From: Minisyncoccia bacterium
Lineage (GTDB): Bacteria > Patescibacteriota > Minisyncoccia > UBA6257 > JAAZHW01
Assembly: GCA_049720475.1 (NCBI GenBank)
Contig: JBNASH010000036.1
Location: forward strand, 65,339 to 129,338
Direction: 5' to 3'
Length of the DNA: 64,000 bases
How positions within the stretch are numbered: the first letter of the stretch is position 1; every line of letters starts with the position of its first letter. Positions 21,290 through 31,379 of the stretch are shown here, in pieces. The notes beneath the pieces were generated by a model, which made no database searches, was not told the DNA's origin, and saw only the letters and a list, made by a program, of their open reading frames with translations. A program made the translations under genes and the position numbers.

Positions 21290-22597
21290 ATGACTTCAAA
21301 AAAGAAAAATAAAAAAAATAAAAAACAGCCAAAAATATTAGTTCAGAAAAAGCCAAAACAAATCAAAAAAGAGAAGCTTACAGAGCAAAAAATTAAAGAA
21401 AATATTGAAGTATCCCAGATGGTGAAAAAGGCCAAAATTAAAAATACTAAAAAAATAAAGAAACAAAGATCTGCTAACAAAAAAAACCATTTAACGGAAT
21501 TGGACAATTTTCCCAAAATTAAAGTAGTGGGAATTGGTGGTGCCGGTGGAAATATTTTATCAAGAATGAGACAAGCTAAAATTCAAGGCGTAGAGTTTAT
21601 TGCGGTGAACACTGATTTACAAGATTTATACAAATCTGGGATTCGGCGTAAAATCCATATTGGAAAGAATATTTCAAAAGGAATGGGAACTGGAATGAAT
21701 CCAGAAATTGGTCGCCAGGCAGCAGAGGAATCTCGACCTCAATTAGAGGAGGCTTTAAAAGGTGCTGATCTTGTTTTTTTAACTTGTGGATTGGGTGGTG
21801 GCACGGGTTCTGGAGCAACACCAGTTATTGCTGATATTTGTCAGCAGCTAGGAATTTTAACAGTTGCTGTAATGACTAAACCTTTTGCTTTTGAAGGAAG
21901 CAAACGTGCACAAATTGCTGAAGAGGCACTTTTGAAAATCAAAGATAAAGTTGATTCTTATATTGTTATACCCAACGACCGCATTTTTAATATTATTGAT
22001 GTTTCCACACCTTTATATAAAGCATTCGAACTGATCGATGATATTTTAAAGCAATCAGTAAAAGGTATTAGTGATTTAATTAATACACCGGGTATTATTA
22101 ATGTTGATTTTTCTGATATAAAAGCAGTATTATCAAACGCAGGAATGACATTAATAGGCTTAGGAAGAGCCAGCGGTGCAGATCGAGCAGTTAAGGCGGC
22201 GAAAAATGCTCTTAATTCACCTTTGTTTGAATATTCGCCTCATATGGCTAAAGGAGTTTTGTTTAATATTATGGGTGATAGTAGTTTAACGATGACAGAA
22301 ATTAACGAAGCAGCACGTTTGATAACAGAAATTGTTGATCCATCCGCTAAAATTATTTTTGGTGCAATGGAGGATCCAAAAATCAAAAAAGGAGAAATAA
22401 AAATAATGATTATTGCTGCTGGCTTTGATAATGCTTCCAAATACCAGAATTATACAAATAATCAACAAAGAAATATTTCTAAACCAACGATCGAAATTGT
22501 TACTAATAATACCAAAGAAGTTAAAGAGGAAAGGGAATTAATACCAACAGATTCTTTAGAAGAAATTCCTGCCTTTTTGCGAAAAAAGAAAAAATAA
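21290..22597 (+). CDS. ftsZ: cell division protein FtsZ with a lysine-rich N-terminal extension
   Basis: GIGGAGGN, tubulin signature GGGTGSGA, and the C-terminal EIPAFLRKKKK peptide. About 65 aa of K-rich sequence precede the conserved core. Confidence 0.9.
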   Translation: MTSKKKNKKNKKQPKILVQKKPKQIKKEKLTEQKIKENIEVSQMVKKAKIKNTKKIKKQRSANKKNHLTELDNFPKIKVVGIGGAGGNILSRMRQAKIQGVEFIAVNTDLQDLYKSGIRRKIHIGKNISKGMGTGMNPEIGRQAAEESRPQLEEALKGADLVFLTCGLGGGTGSGATPVIADICQQLGILTVAVMTKPFAFEGSKRAQIAEEALLKIKDKVDSYIVIPNDRIFNIIDVSTPLYKAFELIDDILKQSVKGISDLINTPGIINVDFSDIKAVLSNAGMTLIGLGRASGADRAVKAAKNALNSPLFEYSPHMAKGVLFNIMGDSSLTMTEINEAARLITEIVDPSAKIIFGAMEDPKIKKGEIKIMIIAAGFDNASKYQNYTNNQQRNISKPTIEIVTNNTKEVKEERELIPTDSLEEIPAFLRKKKK

Positions 22598-22598
22598 T

Positions 22599-24647
22599 TT
22601 ATTTTTTGGCTTTATCATCTGAATTATTCTTTTCCTGGTTTAAAGATTCGGGTTTAGTCCAAGAAGCATAATCGCACTCTGGATAACGGGAACAGCCATA
22701 AAAAATTCTCCCTCTTTTTGTCTTTCTTATTACAATGTAACCTTGATTACATTTTGGGCATTTAATTTCGGTAAGATGATTAGCATTATTATTTGCTAGA
22801 CTTTTAGTGTTTTTGCAGGTGGGAAAATTAGAACAAGCTAAAAATTTACCATAGCGGCCATATTTAATTACCATTGGCGATCCACATAATTCACATTTTT
22901 CATTTGTTTTTTCTTCAATAACATTTTTGCCCACCTCAACATATTTTTTGTCCAGATTTTCTTTGAATGGAATATAAAATTCTCGAACAACAGATTGCCA
23001 ATCAATTTTTCCTTCTGCAATTTTGTCTAAATCTTCTTCGATTTTGGCAGTAAACCCAACATCAACAATTTGAGGAAAATGTTCAGTGAGAATATTATTT
23101 ACCAAAAAACCAATTTCCGTGGGGCTAAATCTTTTATTTTCATCTAATTCAACATATCTTCTTTCTTTTAAGATGGAAATTATTGTAGCGTAGGTTGAAG
23201 GACGGCCGATGCCGTAACTTTCCAGTGTTTTAATCAAAGTAGCCTCGGAATAACGAGGTGGTGGTTCGGTAAAATGTTGAATGGGTTTAAATTCTTTGAT
23301 TGATAAATTTTGACCTTTAGAAAGAGCTGGCAATTCCGTTTCTTCTAATTTTAGAGGATAAACCTTTGTAAATCCATCAAAAACCAAAGACATTCCTACT
23401 GTTTTAAAATAATAATCATCATCAGCATTTACACTTTTAATTTCTACAATTAATTTTTTAATTTGAGCAGGTGCCATTTGAGAAGCAATAAATCGTTGCC
23501 AGATCAAAGCATAAAGCTTATAAAGTTTATTATCTATCTTTCCCTTTAATTCTTCTGGCAAAATGTGCGGGTTAGTTGGTCGAATTGCTTCGTGGGCTTC
23601 TTGAGCAAGGCGTGATTTATTGGAAAATTGACGACGCTGATAATATTTTTCTGAAAATTGCTGAATAATTACTTCTTTGGCTTTATTTAATGATTCCTCC
23701 GACAAATTCACCGAATCAGTTCGCATATAAGTAATCAAGCCAACTGGTCCTTTGCCAAAATCAACTCCTTCGTAAAGTTTCTGAGCTAAAAGCATTGTTT
23801 GTTTGGCAGAAAAATGAAGTTTTTTCCAGGCTTCTTGTTGAAGCGTGCTCGTGATAAAAGGTGGTAGGGGATTTTTCTGAGTTATTTTTTCTTCAATTTT
23901 ATTGATAACAAAATCTGCCTTTTTAATTTTCTCAACTATTTTTTCTGCTTCTTGCTGATTTTTGATGTAAAATTTATCTAAAATTTTTTCATTAATTTTA
24001 TATAATTCCGCTTGCAATAATTCTTTATTATCAGTTAAAAATTCAGCTAAAATAGTCCAGTATTCTTCGGGTTTAAATTTTTTTCTTTCGTTTTCTCTTT
24101 GAATAATTAAATTGAGCGCAGCGGATTGAACGCGGCCGGCTGATAAGCCATGAAAAACTTTTTTCCACAAAAAAGGAGATAAAAGATAGCCAACTAAACG
24201 ATCTAAAATTCTTCTGCCTTGCTGAGCGAAGACAAGATTCATATTAATATCGCGCGGGTGAAGCAAGGCGTTTTTAATAGCGGATTCGGTAATTTCATGA
24301 AAAGCAATACGTTTGATATTTTTATTTTCTTGATCGCCGTTTAAAAGCGTTTCTTTTAAATGCCAAGCAATAGCCTCACCCTCGCGATCTTCATCTGTTG
24401 CTAAAATAATTTCGTTGCTTTTCTGAGCCAGTTTTTTTAATTTGGTTAATTGTTTTTGATTTTTTCGGATAATAATGTAGTGCGGCGTAAAATTGTTTTC
24501 AATATCAATACCTAATTTGGATTTTGGCAAATCTCTAACATGACCATAAGACGCCTCAACCACATATTCATCTGTTAAAAAACGGCTGATGGTTTTTGCT
24601 TTAGTTGGTGATTCGACAATAACTAAGTTTTTCTTTTTTGTTGCCAT
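22599..24647 (-). CDS. topA: DNA topoisomerase I
   Basis: Toprim start LVIVESPTKAKTI, the active-site Tyr region, and C-terminal Cys4 zinc ribbons. The start is trimmed to MATKKK; the ORF extends to 24683. Confidence 0.9.
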   Translation of the reverse strand: MATKKKNLVIVESPTKAKTISRFLTDEYVVEASYGHVRDLPKSKLGIDIENNFTPHYIIIRKNQKQLTKLKKLAQKSNEIILATDEDREGEAIAWHLKETLLNGDQENKNIKRIAFHEITESAIKNALLHPRDINMNLVFAQQGRRILDRLVGYLLSPFLWKKVFHGLSAGRVQSAALNLIIQRENERKKFKPEEYWTILAEFLTDNKELLQAELYKINEKILDKFYIKNQQEAEKIVEKIKKADFVINKIEEKITQKNPLPPFITSTLQQEAWKKLHFSAKQTMLLAQKLYEGVDFGKGPVGLITYMRTDSVNLSEESLNKAKEVIIQQFSEKYYQRRQFSNKSRLAQEAHEAIRPTNPHILPEELKGKIDNKLYKLYALIWQRFIASQMAPAQIKKLIVEIKSVNADDDYYFKTVGMSLVFDGFTKVYPLKLEETELPALSKGQNLSIKEFKPIQHFTEPPPRYSEATLIKTLESYGIGRPSTYATIISILKERRYVELDENKRFSPTEIGFLVNNILTEHFPQIVDVGFTAKIEEDLDKIAEGKIDWQSVVREFYIPFKENLDKKYVEVGKNVIEEKTNEKCELCGSPMVIKYGRYGKFLACSNFPTCKNTKSLANNNANHLTEIKCPKCNQGYIVIRKTKRGRIFYGCSRYPECDYASWTKPESLNQEKNNSDDKAKK

Positions 24648-24649
24648 AG

Positions 24650-25774
24650 TTAAAATTTTGCTCGATAACCACCCGTTTCCCATTTAATTAAATTTTTTAA
24701 TTCTAACAAGGTTATAATTTGATTAACAACTTCAGTGTCTAATTTAGATATTTTGATAATGTCATCAATGAGCATGGGTGTTTCTGATTGTTTTATAATA
24801 TCCAATATTTTCTTTTCTTCAATAGTCAATTCATTTATTGGAGCGTTTTTTTCTTTCGAGTTAAAATCTATATTTAAAACTAGATTTTTTGCTATTTGCA
24901 ATTCTTCCAAAATGTCATTAACTTTGTGAACCAATTTAGCACCTGATTTAATTAATTGATGATTTCCCTCATAATTGGCGGAAAAAATAGACCCTGGTAT
25001 GGCAAAAACTTCACGATTTTGTTCTAGCGCAAAACGAGCAGTAATTAACGAACCGGATTTTAAAGGCGCTTCAATGACAACCGTACCAAAGGATAAGCCG
25101 CTAATAATTCTATTACGAGCTGGAAAATGATGTTTGAGGGGAGGAGTGGCGAGAGGATATTCGGTAATTAAAGCACCGTTTTTAATAATTTTTTCAGCTA
25201 ATTTTTTATTAGTTGAAGGGAAAATAACATCAAGACCCGATCCGAGAACAGCGATGGTTTGACCATTGTTTTCCAAAGTAACTTGATGACAAATAGTATC
25301 AATGCCATAAGCTAAGCCACTTACCGTAACAAATCCACATTCCACTAGTTCTCTAGTAATTTTTTCAACAACCATTTTGCCATAATTGGTGGCCTTGCGC
25401 GTTCCTACAATAGCTATTGTCGGTTTATTGCGAAAATCAAATTCACCGCAACAATAAATTCCTAAAGGCGGATCAGGAATTTCTTTTAAGAGAGATGGAT
25501 AATCATCCTCTTCTAATAAAATTAATTTATAACCACCGCTTTCCAATTTTTCCCATTCTTTTTGAGGATCTATTTTTTGCTTATTCTGATAGAAGTTTTG
25601 AATGGTTTCTAAAGAAAACTTGGGATAATGATTTAAAAAATCATCGTATTCATTAATAAACCATATTTTTTCAAAAGATCCATAAAAATCCTTTAATTTA
25701 GCTAACAAATTATAATTATAAGAACTGGCTAGGTTTAGAGCGTTAAAATAAACTTTTTCATTTAAATTTTGCAT
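24650..25774 (-). CDS. dprA: DNA processing protein DprA (Smf)
   Basis: Rossmann region IAIVGTRKATNYGKMV, GLAYGIDTICHQ, AVLGSGLD, and a C-terminal winged helix. The start is uncertain; the longest ORF runs to 25906 and would overlap the divergent gene. Confidence 0.8.
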   Translation of the reverse strand: MQNLNEKVYFNALNLASSYNYNLLAKLKDFYGSFEKIWFINEYDDFLNHYPKFSLETIQNFYQNKQKIDPQKEWEKLESGGYKLILLEEDDYPSLLKEIPDPPLGIYCCGEFDFRNKPTIAIVGTRKATNYGKMVVEKITRELVECGFVTVSGLAYGIDTICHQVTLENNGQTIAVLGSGLDVIFPSTNKKLAEKIIKNGALITEYPLATPPLKHHFPARNRIISGLSFGTVVIEAPLKSGSLITARFALEQNREVFAIPGSIFSANYEGNHQLIKSGAKLVHKVNDILEELQIAKNLVLNIDFNSKEKNAPINELTIEEKKILDIIKQSETPMLIDDIIKISKLDTEVVNQIITLLELKNLIKWETGGYRAKF

Positions 25775-25858
25775 AATTTTTGTTAGAATAATAGAGTATT
25801 GTTTTGTTGGGGATTTTATTTTATAATGATATAAAATTTTTGAAGGCTTGTAAAATCT

Positions 25859-26452
25859 ATGCCCGATAACCAAAATAATAAAAACAAAAAGCCATTTTTT
25901 GCTCAAATAGATAAGAGAATATTAAAACCGCTAACAATTTATGGCGTTGCAATTATAATTTTTATTGTGGGATTAATATTATCATTCTCAATTATTAAAA
26001 AACAAGGCGCAATAATAAAAACTTCAAGAGTCGAATACGCAAACTTATTACAACAATCAGAAATTTATAGTAATTTACAAAAAAACGCAAAGCTGCTATT
26101 GCCATATACCAAACTCATTAAGAATTTAATTCCGGACAAGAATCATTTGATTGATTTTAGTGAAGACCTTAATCAGTTAGCCAATAAACACAATTTAGAA
26201 TTAGGATTAATTTTTAAAGAGGTAGGTAGTAGTGATGATAAAAAAATTATTTTTAAAAATATTGATCAAGCCACCTTCACAATAAATATTCGAGGGCAAG
26301 CCAATGATTTTTTAGCGTTTTTAAAAGATTTAAAAACTTTTCCTTACTTTATCGATTTTTATAATTTTAATATTAGCAATGTCGGGATGACAAATGATAA
26401 AATAGAAATTTTTTCTTATAATATAGAAGGAAGAATTTTTATCCAAAAATAA
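25859..26452 (+). CDS. hypothetical membrane protein, possibly a PilO-like type IV pilus assembly component
   Basis: N-terminal TM helix followed by a coiled-coil and a small alpha/beta domain. The assignment is weak. Confidence 0.3.
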   Translation: MPDNQNNKNKKPFFAQIDKRILKPLTIYGVAIIIFIVGLILSFSIIKKQGAIIKTSRVEYANLLQQSEIYSNLQKNAKLLLPYTKLIKNLIPDKNHLIDFSEDLNQLANKHNLELGLIFKEVGSSDDKKIIFKNIDQATFTINIRGQANDFLAFLKDLKTFPYFIDFYNFNISNVGMTNDKIEIFSYNIEGRIFIQK

Positions 26453-26456
26453 AAAT

Positions 26457-27008
26457 ATGCCACTTTTTTCATCGAAAAAAAATAATCAAAACACTTTTAA
26501 TCCCAAAGAGTTAAATCGCAAACAATTGCAGCAGCAAAACTTGATTTTTGTAATTTCTGCGATTATTATAATAATAGGTCTGATTGCAGTGGTTGCTTAT
26601 ACAATAAATTTTTTAGTAAGGCAAATGGATGACATTTTTGGAGCGATTAAAAATACCAATGTCAATTTAGAAGGATTTAATGTTCAAGGATTCAATGAAA
26701 TAAAAGATAAATTGCCGATCACGGGTGATGAGATAGAAAAATTTTTGGAAGAATTAGAAAAAACCGAAACGACCACTCAATCGCCAACAATTTCCCCCGA
26801 ACAATTAGCTACAACAACGGGACAATTAGCAACAACAACTCCAATAACAAATATTGAGAATGAAGAAACCACCAGTACTTTAGAAAATCTTCCTACAAAC
26901 CAAACTGTTACTTCTTCACCTCAATTAACACCCACTAAAACTCCGATAACACTAACTCAAACTCCCACTCCAACCTTAACAATTTCACCCTCACCAACAA
27001 CGCCTTAA
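26457..27008 (+). CDS. hypothetical membrane-anchored protein with a Thr/Pro-rich C-terminal tail
   Basis: TM helix IFVISAIIIIIGLIAVVAY; C-terminal low-complexity TTTxxTPT repeats. Confidence 0.35.
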   Translation: MPLFSSKKNNQNTFNPKELNRKQLQQQNLIFVISAIIIIIGLIAVVAYTINFLVRQMDDIFGAIKNTNVNLEGFNVQGFNEIKDKLPITGDEIEKFLEELEKTETTTQSPTISPEQLATTTGQLATTTPITNIENEETTSTLENLPTNQTVTSSPQLTPTKTPITLTQTPTPTLTISPSPTTP

Positions 27009-27015
27009 GAAAAAT

Positions 27016-27087
27016 GCGTGTGTAGTTCAGTGGTAGAACGCTGTCCTGATAAGACAGAGGTCGGAGGTTCGATCCCTCCCACACGCA
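27016..27087 (+). tRNA. tRNA-Ile (anticodon GAU)
   Basis: GCGTGTG-TA-GTTC-AGTGGTA-GAAC-G-CTGTC-CTGATAA-GACAG-AGGTC-GGAGG-TTCGATC-CCTCC-CACACGC-A. Confidence 0.85.
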
Positions 27088-27092
27088 CTCTA

Positions 27093-27120
27093 TTGACAAA
27101 AAAATATTGTTGATTATAAT
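27093..27120 (+). promoter_or_regulatory. near-consensus sigma70 promoter (TTGACA-16-TATAAT) directly after tRNA-Ile
   Basis: ttgaca at 27093-98 and tataat at 27115-20. Confidence 0.55.
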
Positions 27121-27127
27121 AAAAAAT

Positions 27128-27215
27128 GAAGTGAGTGCTTTTCCTGAACGTTTAGTCGTTTAGGAAATCCAATTACCGTGGAAAGCCGCCCTTTATGGGC
27201 GGTTTTCTTCTATTT
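27128..27215 (+). ncRNA. candidate small RNA of about 88 nt, bounded by a promoter and a terminator
   Basis: Starts just after the -10 element and ends at the intrinsic terminator aaagccgccc-tttat-gggcggttt plus a T-run (27182..27215). No ORF. It contains aagtgagtgct and tccaattacc, both complementary to the murB leader loop. Confidence 0.35.
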
Positions 27216-27219
27216 TAAT

Positions 27220-27247
27220 TTGATATTAGAAAAAACTTGGCTATAAT
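27220..27247 (+). promoter_or_regulatory. sigma70-like promoter for murB (TTGATA-16-TATAAT)
   Basis: ttgata at 27220-25 and tataat at 27242-47. Confidence 0.45.
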
Positions 27248-27257
27248 ATAAAAAAAG

Positions 27258-27345
27258 TTTCGGTTCCGTTCTGGCCCGCAGGATTGAGCACTCACTTAAA
27301 TGGTAATTGGAGTCAACCGCCTGCGGGCCAGAACGGAACGGAAAC
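27258..27345 (+). promoter_or_regulatory. murB 5' leader hairpin: a roughly 25-bp near-perfect inverted repeat enclosing a 37-nt loop
   Basis: gtttcggttccgttctggcccgcagg ... cctgcgggccagaacggaacggaaac, with one mismatch. The loop holds agcactcactt and ggtaattgga. Confidence 0.5.
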
Positions 27346-27361
27346 ATATAAATAAGCAAAA

Positions 27362-28294
27362 ATGGAATTTAAAAGAAATATTTTATTAAAACAATTTACT
27401 ACTTTTCAAATTGGTGGGCCAGCAGAGTATTTTGTTGAAATTTCTAATATAGATGAACTAAAAGAGACTATTCAAAAGGCCAAGGAATTAAATAAACCAA
27501 TTTTTATCTTGGGAGGAGGATCTAATTTATTGATTAGCGATAGTGGTTTTGAAGGTGTAGTTGCCAGAATAAAAATGGTGGGAGTAGAAATAGTGGAAGA
27601 CAAGGAAAAAGTAAACATGAAGGTTTTGTCGGGTACGCCTTTAGCAATGATACTTCAAAAAGCAGTTGAAATAGGAGCAACTGGTTTGGAGTGGGCTGCT
27701 GGTATTCCAGGAACAGTTGGTGGGGCAGTAGTAGGAAATAGTGGCGCCTATGGTCAAAGCATGGGTAATTATGTTAAAAAAGTTTCGGCATTGGAATTAA
27801 AAGATATGACTATTCGTCAATTTTCCCAAAACGAATGCCTGTTTTCTTATAGAGATAGCATTTTCAAAAAGAATGACACTGTTATTTTGTCGGCAGAACT
27901 CGAATTATTAAAAGGTAATAAAGATTTAATTCGGCAAAAAGTAAGCGAATACATTAAAGAAAGAAAAGAAAAAACTCCACCGTATCCTTCTGCGGGCTGT
28001 ATTTTCAAAAATATACCTATTGATCAGTTGAGTTCTAATCAGCTAAAACAAATACCGGAGGAAAAAATTAAAGGAGGAAAAGTGCCGGTGGGGTATTTAA
28101 TTGATCAGTGCGGATTAAAAGGAAAAAGAATTGGTGATGCTCAAATTTCAGAAATGCACGCAAATTTTATTATAAATTTAGGGAATGCTACGGCTGCCGA
28201 AGTCTATAAATTAATCAATCTTTGCAAAGAAGCTGTTTTTAACAAATTCGGGATTAAGTTAGAAGAAGAAATTCGTTATGTTGGCAATTTTTAA
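27362..28294 (+). CDS. murB: UDP-N-acetylenolpyruvoylglucosamine reductase
   Basis: FAD-binding region FTTFQIGGPAEYF, GGGSNLL, and a C-terminal substrate domain; 310 aa. Confidence 0.85.
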   Translation: MEFKRNILLKQFTTFQIGGPAEYFVEISNIDELKETIQKAKELNKPIFILGGGSNLLISDSGFEGVVARIKMVGVEIVEDKEKVNMKVLSGTPLAMILQKAVEIGATGLEWAAGIPGTVGGAVVGNSGAYGQSMGNYVKKVSALELKDMTIRQFSQNECLFSYRDSIFKKNDTVILSAELELLKGNKDLIRQKVSEYIKERKEKTPPYPSAGCIFKNIPIDQLSSNQLKQIPEEKIKGGKVPVGYLIDQCGLKGKRIGDAQISEMHANFIINLGNATAAEVYKLINLCKEAVFNKFGIKLEEEIRYVGNF

Positions 28295-28322
28295 AACAGT
28301 CGTTTTTAATAATTTTTAAAAT

Positions 28323-28697
28323 ATGAACATTAATTATAAGACCAAAAATATTGTATTAGATGAGGAGGTTAAAAATTATTTAGAGGAAAAAATTGGCGGA
28401 TTAATAGAGAAATATCTTTTAAAACTTGATGAAAAAGAAAATATTCAAGTGGATTGCGAGGTTGCGCGCGAAACTCATCACCAAAAAGGGAATGTTTATT
28501 ATGTTGAAGTTAATATGGAATTACCTGGCCGAATTTTAAGAGTGGCAAAATATCATTCCGATATTAAGAGTGGTATTGATGAAGTTGAATCAGATTTAAA
28601 AAGGCAGATAAAAAAATATCGTGAAATTAATAAGGCAAAAAATAGAAAGGATTGGCTAAAATTAAAAAACTTAATTCGAGGAATTTTCAAGAAATAA
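28323..28697 (+). CDS. hpf: ribosome hibernation promoting factor (short HPF/YfiA type)
   Basis: MNINYKTKNIVLDEEVKNYLEEKI...VEVNMELPGRILRVAKY, the S30AE/sigma54-modulation fold. 124 aa with no C-terminal dimerisation domain. Confidence 0.75.
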   Translation: MNINYKTKNIVLDEEVKNYLEEKIGGLIEKYLLKLDEKENIQVDCEVARETHHQKGNVYYVEVNMELPGRILRVAKYHSDIKSGIDEVESDLKRQIKKYREINKAKNRKDWLKLKNLIRGIFKK

Positions 28698-28703
28698 ATA
28701 TTC

Positions 28704-28731
28704 TTGACAAATTTTAAAGTAAAAATAAAAT
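28704..28731 (+). promoter_or_regulatory. sigma70-like promoter for groES-groEL (TTGACA-16-TAAAAT)
   Basis: ttgaca at 28704-09 and taaaat at 28726-31. Confidence 0.4.
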
Positions 28732-28740
28732 TGATTATAA

Positions 28741-28767
28741 TTAGCACTCAAAGGTCGAGCATGCTAA
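28741..28767 (+). promoter_or_regulatory. CIRCE-like inverted repeat (HrcA operator) upstream of groES
   Basis: TTAGCACTC-aaaggtcga-GCATGCTAA against the consensus TTAGCACTC-N9-GAGTGCTAA. The left half is perfect; the right half has 2 mismatches. Confidence 0.6.
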
Positions 28768-28789
28768 TTTAAAAATCTATTCCAAAAAT

Positions 28790-29077
28790 ATGCTCAAACC
28801 ACTATCAGATCATATTATTTTAGAATCTATAAAAGAAGAAATGGTTACCGAGGGCGGTATTATTTTGCCAGAAACGGCTGAAAAAGAAAAACCTCAAAAA
28901 GGAAAAGTAATTGCCGTTGGTCCTGGTCGAATAAAAGATGATGGAACGCGCATCCCATTAGAAGTAAAAGTAGGTGATGTGGTTATTTTTCATCAATACG
29001 GTCCATCAGAAATAAAAATTGATAAAAAAGAATATTTGGTCGCTCGAGAAGATGATATTATTGCGATTATAGAATAA
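28790..29077 (+). CDS. groES: co-chaperonin GroES
   Basis: MLKPLSDHIILE...GGIILPETAEKEKPQKGKVIAVGPG, the mobile-loop region. Confidence 0.9.
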   Translation: MLKPLSDHIILESIKEEMVTEGGIILPETAEKEKPQKGKVIAVGPGRIKDDGTRIPLEVKVGDVVIFHQYGPSEIKIDKKEYLVAREDDIIAIIE

Positions 29078-29121
29078 ATCTATTCCGAACCCGCTTAAGG
29101 TTTAAAAGCGGGGAGGGATAG

Positions 29122-30777
<1,656 letters not shown>

Positions 30778-30786
30778 AGATACTAA

Positions 30787-30820
30787 AAAATCCCGGGTTG
30801 ATCCCGGGATTTTTTATTTA
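30787..30820. terminator. rho-independent terminator after groEL
   Basis: atcccggg-ttgat-cccgggat followed by tttttattt. Confidence 0.7.
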
Positions 30821-30824
30821 TAAA

Positions 30825-31316
30825 ATGAAATTAATGAAAAAAGAGTTTGTTGCCGTTTTAGATAATATTAGAAGTTTGCTAAATGTTGGCTCAATTTTCC
30901 GTACTGCTGAAGCGTTGGGGTTTAAAAAGCTTTATTTGGGTGGCATTACACCAGCGCCAGACAATTCCCATCACAAAAGAATTATTCATAAAACCGCTTT
31001 AGGCGCAGAAGAATTTTTAAATTGGGAAAAAAGACGGCAAACTGTAAAAATTATTAAGCAATTAAAAGAAGCGGGCTATTATTTAATTGCCCTCGAACTT
31101 CATCCCCAAAGCAAAAAAATTACCAATTTTAAAAAAATACCAAAAAAATATCAGAAAATTGCTTTGGTTGTTGGCAACGAAGTGAAGGGTATTAATAAAA
31201 AATATCTGAAATTGTGCCATGAAATTGTTGAAATTCCTTTAGAGGGCAAAAAAGAATCATTAAATGTTTCGGTTGCTTTTGGTATTGGCGCTTTTTGGTT
31301 TAAAAATTTAAAATAA
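30825..31316 (+). CDS. SpoU-class (SPOUT) tRNA/rRNA 2'-O-methyltransferase
   Basis: LDNIRSLLNVGSIFRTAEALG, VVGNEVKGIN, IPLEGKKESLNVSVAFGI. The start is chosen downstream of the terminator; the longest ORF begins at 30798. Confidence 0.65.
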   Translation: MKLMKKEFVAVLDNIRSLLNVGSIFRTAEALGFKKLYLGGITPAPDNSHHKRIIHKTALGAEEFLNWEKRRQTVKIIKQLKEAGYYLIALELHPQSKKITNFKKIPKKYQKIALVVGNEVKGINKKYLKLCHEIVEIPLEGKKESLNVSVAFGIGAFWFKNLK

Positions 31317-31379
31317 TTTAAAAATTTGTTATAATAATAAAAATTCGCTTAACTTCAAAGTCGTTTAAAATAAAAAATT

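Noticed and set aside
22240-22468. Two minus-strand ORFs of 60-66 aa within ftsZ. Similar short antisense ORFs occur within gap, tkt, gltX, ctpA and secA.
   Set aside because: They are antisense to well-supported conserved genes and have no independent signals.
24650-25906. A full-length 418-aa DprA ORF overlapping the divergent gene 25859..26452 by 48 nt.
   Set aside because: A head-to-head overlap of two starts is implausible. An internal Met (MQNLNEK…, 25774) gives a DprA of typical length, so that start is preferred, with low certainty.
27258-27345. The 25-bp inverted repeat, considered as a retron msd stem or a MITE or IS terminal repeat.
   Set aside because: No reverse transcriptase or transposase gene is adjacent. 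The repeat lies inside the murB 5' UTR between a promoter and the start codon. A regulatory leader structure is the more economical reading.
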